Positions 57,319 through 64,000 of a DNA stretch of 64,000 nt are shown piece by piece. A model generated the notes under the pieces. The model ran no database searches, was not told where the DNA came from, and saw nothing but the letters and a program-made list of their open reading frames with translations. The stretch's first letter is position 1. The number at the start of each line of letters is the position of its first letter. The DNA is from an uncultured virus (IMG/VR IMGVR_UViG_3300025121_000022) (Duplodnaviria; Heunggongvirae; Uroviricota; Caudoviricetes): IMG/VR virus record IMGVR_UViG_3300025121_000022; one strand, given 5' to 3'. The position numbers and the translations under genes are program-made.

Positions 57319-58379
57319 TAATTTTGTTCCTTCTTGCCTTCAACTTTCTTAAGAAGAGTATAATAATCTGGTTTTTCTTTCAAATGAGCTAAAGCGATTT
57401 TCCCAGTTTCTTCTAGATTGTCGCTTGTGATGTTGGTTTGAGGATCTTTTTTGCCATGTTCCAGCTCGGTATTCATACCTTTATAAAACTCGTCTAAATT
57501 ATATTCAGACCAACTCATTCCAAGACCTTCACCAACATCTTTTGCAACAGAACGACTTACTTTTTCTGAATTGCTTGTCTCAGCCTCTCTCACAATCTCC
57601 TGCACCTCAAATAGTTTCTCCAAGTCTTCTTCGGAATAATCCTTCTTTGTTTTGAAAGAACCCAAAAACTCCAATATCTTGGTTGAAGATTCCTTCATCG
57701 CTGCATCTTCATTAATTTCTTTATTACTCGAAATTACTTCACGAAGACGAGAAATTTCTTCGTTCAGAAAAGCCCGCAACTCTATTCCACCATCTATTCC
57801 AGAGTAAATATAATAACTCAAAGCCTGACGTTGTTCTTTTAAGATAGAGGTATCATAAGTTTTGTTGAATTTTTCAACAAGAATCTTGAAGGTTAGAGCA
57901 TCAACATCAACTCCAGCCTCTTCTTTTTTCTTGTCTTCGCATAAAGCAGAAATTAAACGATTTTCCAAAAGAATCTGTTCTGTAATAGGAACTTTTCTAT
58001 TGAAGATTTGATATGCTGTCGCAAGTTCTTTATATTTTGGAACATATACAGAAAAAACATCAGAGCCAAGCTTTGTATTGACCGCTCGAATCAAGCGACT
58101 TTGCTCTACAAACAGATCTTTGGTTGAAATTTTATCATATTCTCTCTTGGCCTCTTCCAACATTCGCGAGACGACAGACTCTTTTAAAACCTTCGCTTCA
58201 AACACCATTCGATAACAAGACAATTCTTTCCAAAGAAGTGTACTTTTGGAAAAATGCTCTCGAAGAAGAGAAACAATTACTTTCTTCTTGCTATCGTCAC
58301 CCTTGAGAGAGGCAGCAGTTAGACAACGCACCAGCACTTCATATAGAAACGCCGAATTCCTCTTTTTATTATGCTTCAT
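57318..58379 (-). CDS. Head-module protein with C-terminal ELEH...IALAHL...DYY domain
   Basis: KHNKKRN start; appended small domain (DUF5661-like). Confidence 0.65.
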   Translation of the reverse strand: MKHNKKRNSAFLYEVLVRCLTAASLKGDDSKKKVIVSLLREHFSKSTLLWKELSCYRMVFEAKVLKESVVSRMLEEAKREYDKISTKDLFVEQSRLIRAVNTKLGSDVFSVYVPKYKELATAYQIFNRKVPITEQILLENRLISALCEDKKKEEAGVDVDALTFKILVEKFNKTYDTSILKEQRQALSYYIYSGIDGGIELRAFLNEEISRLREVISSNKEINEDAAMKESSTKILEFLGSFKTKKDYSEEDLEKLFEVQEIVREAETSNSEKVSRSVAKDVGEGLGMSWSEYNLDEFYKGMNTELEHGKKDPQTNITSDNLEETGKIALAHLKEKPDYYTLLKKVEGKKEQN

Positions 58380-58380
58380 A

Positions 58381-60378
58381 CTAGTTTTCGTCGTCATCAT
58401 TGCTGTCATTTTTGTTCACTTCCTCTTTCAAGAATTTCTTATCTTCTTTAATTTTTTCAAGAGTTCTTAGAACATCCTGAATCTCTCCGCTATTGCGAAG
58501 AAACTCTTCTTCCACTTCTTCTTTGTTCTCTAAAATCCCTCTTGATAACGAAGTCAGTCCTGAAAGTCCTTTAAATACGTTTCTTGGCGTATTAGATGCC
58601 GTTTCTCTACTTGTGAGAGCCATAATATTTCTTTGTCTTGCGCCCATTTCTCTCGCGTCGTGTCTCTTTGTATAAGCCTTTCCTTTCGCCCCAGGAGTCG
58701 TATATTTTGTTCCAGGTAAGAGTTTTTCTGTTCTCTTGGCAGCGGGATCGCCTATGCCGCCAACATCTTTCCCCGGAGAGGCAAGAAGAATATCTTCTTC
58801 TTTGCCGGGAACCGCAGTGTCGCTGTCTTTTTCATCTGCCGTGTCGTCAAAAATATCATCTATGCCGCCAGCGTCTTCCCCGCCGCCAAGCCCCATGCCT
58901 CCGCCCTCTTCCTGCGGCTCGTGCTCGGCAAGAAGAGCATCCAGCTTCATATCAAAAAATCTCTCTCTGTTGTTGCGGACAATCTCTTCATCGGAAAGAT
59001 TAAAGACCGTCTTCGCAATCCACCTGCGAGAGAAGAAGTTTTCGGTGGCTGCACTTGCAACATCAAACTTTGTGCGCCACTCTTCGAGGCTTTGCATTTC
59101 GGCGATCTTCGATGGATTGTTCAACTTGATATCAAAATTCAATAAATCCCTACCTGTAAATCCTAGTAGAAACAAGTGAACAGTTGCCATTTTGCGAAGT
59201 TCAGACACTACAGAATTTTGTAATCTTTGTACAGTCCTCGCGAAATGCAAATCTTTTTGTGCAAGAGTTGTTTTATCCTCTGCCGAACCGTCTTTCCCCT
59301 TCGAGAGATAAGATTGAGGGATCTTCAAAGCAGAAAACAATTTATCTCTTAGATACTCAATATCTTCAATATCACCTGTAAATTGGCCGCCAGGAACAGA
59401 CTCAATCTTTGTCCCCGATTTGTCTCCTCGAACAGCAATAAAGTAATCCTCTTCTATACTATGAGGGTTAAATCTTAAGTTAGCCTCTCCTGTGTTCTCA
59501 TCCACAAGAAATCTTCTCTTCATCTCTGTTTGAACCTTCTTCATATAAGGCTCAATTTCATCAGGATGAATGTTTCCTACATCAATATAAAATACTCTTC
59601 TTTCTGGTGTTCGAACAATGCGATAGGAAATAACAAAGTCTTCTAATAGTTGAAGCTGTTTCCAAATACGACGCGATGCGTCAAGGAAAGAACTTCCATA
59701 TGGAAGATATCTATCGTTCCCAAGAATTCTAAAGTGGCACATTTGCCAGCTTTCAAAGGTAGCTCCTTGAGTGTTCCACTGAAACTGAACGTAACTCGGA
59801 TTATCTTCGTCTAGACCTTCTAGTCTTTCCATTTCTCTTGCAGGAAGCCCCAAGACGTTCTTAATGCCCAACCCTTCGACCGCATCAAGATACAAAAAGA
59901 AATCACCCTTGGACAAAAGTGATCTGCACCAACCGTGAAGATTCTGTTCTACCGCAAGAATATTGTAAAACAAGTCCTTTAAAATAAACTTTATCTCTTG
60001 GTTGGGACTATCTAATCTTAGAATCGGCTCCATGTGATTAAACGTAGTCATGGTATCTGCAGTAAGGTCCAAAGCAGAACTTATTTCAGGCATGTACTCC
60101 ATTTGTTCATAATCGGCATAGCGCATCAATCTGTCTTGATTGACCATATATTCCGTTTGCAAAGCAGAAAACGGATTGTGCATGCTTTTTGCGAAATCAC
60201 CACCAGCAGAATTAGTAAACTTATATTTTTTTAGTTGTCTTCGCTTTAGTTCTCTTGGAACTTGAGAACGATAATCTGCTATAGGACCGGAAAAGAACCT
60301 TGTCAGCCTTTTGAAAAGGTCCGACTCCGGATTCTTGGGATTGCCCTTAAAAGACATAGACTTTTTATATTTCGCCAT
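58381..60378 (-). CDS. Portal protein (gp20-like)
   Basis: YRIVRTPERRVFYIDVGN, EEDYF, IEDIEY, ALKIP. Confidence 0.95.
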   Translation of the reverse strand: MAKYKKSMSFKGNPKNPESDLFKRLTRFFSGPIADYRSQVPRELKRRQLKKYKFTNSAGGDFAKSMHNPFSALQTEYMVNQDRLMRYADYEQMEYMPEISSALDLTADTMTTFNHMEPILRLDSPNQEIKFILKDLFYNILAVEQNLHGWCRSLLSKGDFFLYLDAVEGLGIKNVLGLPAREMERLEGLDEDNPSYVQFQWNTQGATFESWQMCHFRILGNDRYLPYGSSFLDASRRIWKQLQLLEDFVISYRIVRTPERRVFYIDVGNIHPDEIEPYMKKVQTEMKRRFLVDENTGEANLRFNPHSIEEDYFIAVRGDKSGTKIESVPGGQFTGDIEDIEYLRDKLFSALKIPQSYLSKGKDGSAEDKTTLAQKDLHFARTVQRLQNSVVSELRKMATVHLFLLGFTGRDLLNFDIKLNNPSKIAEMQSLEEWRTKFDVASAATENFFSRRWIAKTVFNLSDEEIVRNNRERFFDMKLDALLAEHEPQEEGGGMGLGGGEDAGGIDDIFDDTADEKDSDTAVPGKEEDILLASPGKDVGGIGDPAAKRTEKLLPGTKYTTPGAKGKAYTKRHDAREMGARQRNIMALTSRETASNTPRNVFKGLSGLTSLSRGILENKEEVEEEFLRNSGEIQDVLRTLEKIKEDKKFLKEEVNKNDSNDDDEN

Positions 60379-60449
60379 GGAAAAACCTCGCCCTTAAGCG
60401 TCTATCATAATTAGAGGAAAACTTTGCCTTTTTTTATAGTTTATGGAAC

Positions 60450-62042
60450 CTAACCCATAAAAATCCTCAAAGGTAGACCGCCAATTGTTTCACTTTTTTG
60501 AGAGGTTTTAAACGGGTCTTTATTCCTGTCGTAACCTCGCATTCCTGGAATTCTAGTGTCTAGCGCATCCGTAGATAACAAAATGCCTCCCAAAAGGGCC
60601 TTTTTGTCACTTATTCCCTTCTGATCGGCTACCAAAGCCACATCGCGAACATAGCAGGCAATTGCTGCTGCTAAAATTAAATCATCATTACTTTTAGATG
60701 TCGCTTCTGGCTTACCATTTTTCCAAATAAAAGTCTCCAACTCGCCACAAAAACGCTTAGAGTTAATTGAAGCAAATCCGTTTCTAAGATACTGCTCCAA
60801 CTTGGCAAGAATTAAGGGTCTTGAACGAACAGTAGTAACAAATCCCGGTATTGTGTCTTCTCGCCCCATCGCAGCGTAGTGTTCCACATACTCCATTGTG
60901 GTTTTTCTGGTAAAGTAAAGATTGGGGTACTCTCTCTCAATCATTCTCGTCAGAACATCGCTTCCATAAACGTTATTTTCCACCACAACCATGCAAAATC
61001 CATATTCCATCCCAACATTAAACAAAAGCTCTGCAAACATTTCTGTCGGCAGCTTCCCCTGATATTCTGCAGCTTGATACATCGTTTCTGTATCAAATAC
61101 GTGGAAAACTGAGTAATCAGAGCCGTCTCCTCTTGCAACATCTGCGGAAATAAAATACTTTCTATTGGGCATCGGTCTTTGCCAAACGTAATAATTTCTA
61201 TCAAAACCAGCCTTATCTATTGGCTCTCTGGTCCCATCAAACATTTCTTTTATTCTCTCGGGCGTTATAAACGTATTGATGGAAGAATTAAAGCTCAAAG
61301 AATACTCTTGCGCAATCTGTTGTGGAGAAAGTTCTCTTGTTTCCTTCTCGAACCATTTCTGGTCCCTATCGGGATGGACTTGCCACGGCAAATCGGTATA
61401 ATGCCAGTCGTTTTTCCCAACTCGTGAGTTGGAATAAACATCATAAAACCAGTTTCCAACCCCATTAGGAGAACTCAAAGCAATACAACGCCCTCCACCA
61501 ACCGTTGTCGCAGGCTCAATAGCTGTCCAAACATCTTCCATTTGCTCAATGTGCGCAGCTTCGTCTACTACAAGCAAAGAAAGAGCATCAGAACGACCAG
61601 ACTTCTTGGTCGTGGTGGAGGCAACCACACGAGAACCATTTACCAGTTCAATCGAGGTTTGATTGTCAGCCTTTGTAACCGCCAAAGCCTGCATCCACTT
61701 CGGCAAGCGTTCCATAAGAATCTTAATCTTACGTAAAATCGTTGTTGCCTTTTTTTGATCTGTACAAAGAATTAAAACATCCTTCCCACGGTGAAACAAA
61801 AGCAGCCAACCAACATAAGCCGCAACTAATGTTGAAATGCCCAACTGTCGAGCTTTTAAAATAATGTTCTTATCGAACTTTAAGAAGTCTGATAATAGCT
61901 CTTCTTGGAAGTCGTATAAAATAAAGGGAATATATCCCTTTCCAGGATGCGAGATTGTTACGTAATTTCGAATGAAGTGAGCAGGATCTTGCTTACAATG
62001 CTCTAGTTCTTGCTTTGCTTCTTGCTTAGACTTAGGGATCAA
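60450..62042 (-). CDS. Terminase large subunit (gp17-like)
   Basis: LKARQLGIST, VVDEAAH, SSPNG, ADVARG, DDL. Confidence 0.95.
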   Translation of the reverse strand: MIPKSKQEAKQELEHCKQDPAHFIRNYVTISHPGKGYIPFILYDFQEELLSDFLKFDKNIILKARQLGISTLVAAYVGWLLLFHRGKDVLILCTDQKKATTILRKIKILMERLPKWMQALAVTKADNQTSIELVNGSRVVASTTTKKSGRSDALSLLVVDEAAHIEQMEDVWTAIEPATTVGGGRCIALSSPNGVGNWFYDVYSNSRVGKNDWHYTDLPWQVHPDRDQKWFEKETRELSPQQIAQEYSLSFNSSINTFITPERIKEMFDGTREPIDKAGFDRNYYVWQRPMPNRKYFISADVARGDGSDYSVFHVFDTETMYQAAEYQGKLPTEMFAELLFNVGMEYGFCMVVVENNVYGSDVLTRMIEREYPNLYFTRKTTMEYVEHYAAMGREDTIPGFVTTVRSRPLILAKLEQYLRNGFASINSKRFCGELETFIWKNGKPEATSKSNDDLILAAAIACYVRDVALVADQKGISDKKALLGGILLSTDALDTRIPGMRGYDRNKDPFKTSQKSETIGGLPLRIFMG

Positions 62043-62524
62043 TCAGAAAAGGGTTTCCTTTTGTTCTCGTGAATAAATTTCGCAAGAGACTCATCAATCT
62101 TTCTACCATATTCTGGAACTTCTTCTGTCTCTGTACCAGAAATCTCATAAACTCTCTGGGCTTGCACCCAAGAGCGTAGACGAGAAAGACTTTGAACTAA
62201 GGGGTTTTCTTTTGTCACAAGCTTTAGAGCAATGCTCTTGCCTGTAATGTCTTTATATTCTTTTTTGAGAAATTTTAGAATGTCATCAAATTTATCTGAG
62301 ACTTCTTTAAGAAATTTCTCTCTCTCGGAAACTTCATCAAGAGTCACTTCCGATTGAAGCTTTACCAGCATCTTGTTACCGGAAAAAGAAACCCGGAACC
62401 CATCATTTTTTCCACCGATGGGAAGGTCTTCTCTCACTTCACCTTTTTTATTCAAGGCTCCCGGAACAGCATGCGATGCTGCTTGATTTAGTCCCTTCAC
62501 AATCTCATAAATATCTTTAGCCAT
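62039..62524 (-). CDS. Hypothetical protein
   Basis: Coupled to terminase start. Confidence 0.65.
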   Translation of the reverse strand: MAKDIYEIVKGLNQAASHAVPGALNKKGEVREDLPIGGKNDGFRVSFSGNKMLVKLQSEVTLDEVSEREKFLKEVSDKFDDILKFLKKEYKDITGKSIALKLVTKENPLVQSLSRLRSWVQAQRVYEISGTETEEVPEYGRKIDESLAKFIHENKRKPFSD

Positions 62525-62898
62525 TAGATTTTTCCCTCTCGCAAGATTTTCGAAGCCTTCTTATCAAAACACTCTGCACAAACCTTATACCGAAACAACG
62601 TAGGGTCATCTTCGGTAGAAAACGAATGCCTGCCGCACAAACGACAAGTTCTCGCTTCTTTATTAAATAGTTTTCCTTTGACTAAATATCCGTTATTTTC
62701 GAGCACTTCGCCCGCTTCTTGTCTTTCTTTCCACTTGTCATACATCTCTTTAATCTGTTGATGATATTCTTCGTCTTTTCCCTCATCCCACTCTCGGAGG
62801 CTTTTAATCGCATCTTGGCCGTATTTCTTGGCAATTTCCTGCTCAAGTTTAAAAAGATAATGAGGGTCTTTTTTAAGCTTTTCGTGGATAATCGACAT
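62524..62898 (-). CDS. Hypothetical protein with C-terminal Zn finger
   Basis: CRLC...CAEC. Confidence 0.6.
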   Translation of the reverse strand: MSIIHEKLKKDPHYLFKLEQEIAKKYGQDAIKSLREWDEGKDEEYHQQIKEMYDKWKERQEAGEVLENNGYLVKGKLFNKEARTCRLCGRHSFSTEDDPTLFRYKVCAECFDKKASKILREGKI

Positions 62899-63335
62899 TA
62901 ATTTTGCGCAGTTTGTACAGCCGCCCAGAATATTGCCACAGACGTGATCACCCCGACCATGGTCCCACCCGCAAACCAAGCGTAGGAATAATCTGTTGGC
63001 GCTTTCGATATAATATCATTTAACTTTACAATTTCTTTTTCTTTAACATCCGAAACGAGATCTCTTTCTTTTTTAAGAGATTCAACCTCTATTTTCAAAG
63101 TATCTATCTCGAACTGCTTCTGCTTAAGTTCTTTATCCATTTCAAGCTTTATTTCTAGTTCCCTTTTCGAGATTTCATAGTTTTTATCAACAGACATCTT
63201 AATTACTGCCTCTTTAGACATCAAATAGCCTTCAAACGGAGCTGCTTCCCCTTTTTTCAAAATAGTAAAAACAGGGTCGGTCTGACCCATAGCCAAAGAC
63301 GAAACAAATAAGCTCAAAAAAACAATCTTACTCAT
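62898..63335 (-). CDS. Signal-peptide, coiled-coil membrane protein (spanin-like candidate)
   Basis: N-terminal signal, coiled coil, C-terminal hydrophobic helix. Confidence 0.5.
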   Translation of the reverse strand: MSKIVFLSLFVSSLAMGQTDPVFTILKKGEAAPFEGYLMSKEAVIKMSVDKNYEISKRELEIKLEMDKELKQKQFEIDTLKIEVESLKKERDLVSDVKEKEIVKLNDIISKAPTDYSYAWFAGGTMVGVITSVAIFWAAVQTAQN

Positions 63336-63724
63336 TTGTCCACCCTTTTCACGTAAACCAAGCCGAATTCCTTTTGAAGGTACTTTGCCAGCTCTTCTTC
63401 CGACTTCTCAGACATCTCCTTAATTTCTTTTTGTTTGCCTTCGTCCAACTTCTTTACATCAACTTTAGCCTTTTCCTCTAGCGTCTTAACAACAGCAGAA
63501 TATTGCTGTTCTACTTTTTCTTTCTTCTCTCGTTTTTGTTTATCAAGATCGTTAAGCTGCGCTCGCTCCCTCTTGTAGGAATCGTGAGCTTCCTTCACAG
63601 CAACCCACAAATCTTTTGCTGTTTCCCTCGAAACAACGCCGACAACAACAATAAGAACAGCAATCAGTGGAACATACCAATAGCTTTTCAAAAAAACCCA
63701 AACTTTTTGTAAAACTGCTTCCAC
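63332..63724 (-). CDS. N-anchored coiled-coil membrane protein (i-spanin-like candidate)
   Basis: N-terminal TM helix then charged coiled coil. Confidence 0.5.
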   Translation of the reverse strand: MEAVLQKVWVFLKSYWYVPLIAVLIVVVGVVSRETAKDLWVAVKEAHDSYKRERAQLNDLDKQKREKKEKVEQQYSAVVKTLEEKAKVDVKKLDEGKQKEIKEMSEKSEEELAKYLQKEFGLVYVKRVDK

Positions 63725-63725
63725 T

Positions 63726-64000
63726 TTATACCTCTATGTGAGCATAACCATCAATTTTATCAATTGAGATTTGATGATCAACAACATCCTTAAGCTCTTG
63801 AATGTGTGTAATCAAAAGAACAATGTCAAACTGTTCCTTCAACAACTCAAATACCTTTGAAAACTCATTCAAGTTTTCTGAGTCCAAAGACACCAACGGT
63901 TCATCCATAATAAAGAAGTTTGGCTGCGGCAAAGAAGAAGACTTTATCAAAGCCAATCTAATTGCCAAGCTTGCCAACGTCTTTTCCATTCCAGAAGCCA
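63726..64000 (-). CDS. SbcC/Rad50 (gp46-like) ATPase, C-terminal end, truncated by window
   Basis: SGMEK signature, IMDEP..SLD, LITH. Confidence 0.85.
   Translation of the reverse strand, partial: ASGMEKTLASLAIRLALIKSSSLPQPNFFIMDEPLVSLDSENLNEFSKVFELLKEQFDIVLLITHIQELKDVVDHQISIDKIDGYAHIEV

Noticed and set aside
1..64000. DGR reverse transcriptase or template repeat; also stop-codon reassignment
   Set aside because: No RT motifs or A-rich non-coding ankyrin copy seen in the window; core genes are intact under the standard code and TAA, TAG and TGA all end genes.

Overview
64-kb segment of a large lytic T4-like (myovirus) phage genome, standard genetic code. It has two convergent arms: + strand 1-47.6 kb and - strand 47.7-64 kb. 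The + arm holds early accessory genes (ankyrin proteins, MoxR AAA+/VWA pair, phosphoesterase, adenine MTase, Hsp20), a neck/tail/baseplate module, and a replication/nucleotide module (short PolA-like, SSB, RecA/UvsX, RNase H, helicase, class II RNR, ThyX, dUTPase, tRNA-Ser, HNH-like nuclease, DnaE, ClpP). The - arm holds a recombination ATPase, terminase, portal, prohead protease, bS21, virion/fibre proteins and a tri-haem cytochrome c. A multi-haem cytochrome and a Myxococcus-type Cys-rich repeat hint at a Myxococcota/Desulfobacterota host. Most notable: (1) 93-nt ankyrin repeats at three loci with near-identical frameworks and hypervariable, adenine-biased surface codons (DARPin-like library, possibly DGR-driven; no RT or template repeat in the window); (2) DnaE split at its active site by an intein with an atypical break and a 20-aa C-intein; (3) a TnpB element bounded by 38-bp inverted repeats plus a remote promoter+omegaRNA-only mini-copy; (4) a phage cytochrome c. 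All calls come from reading motifs by eye; no searches were run.
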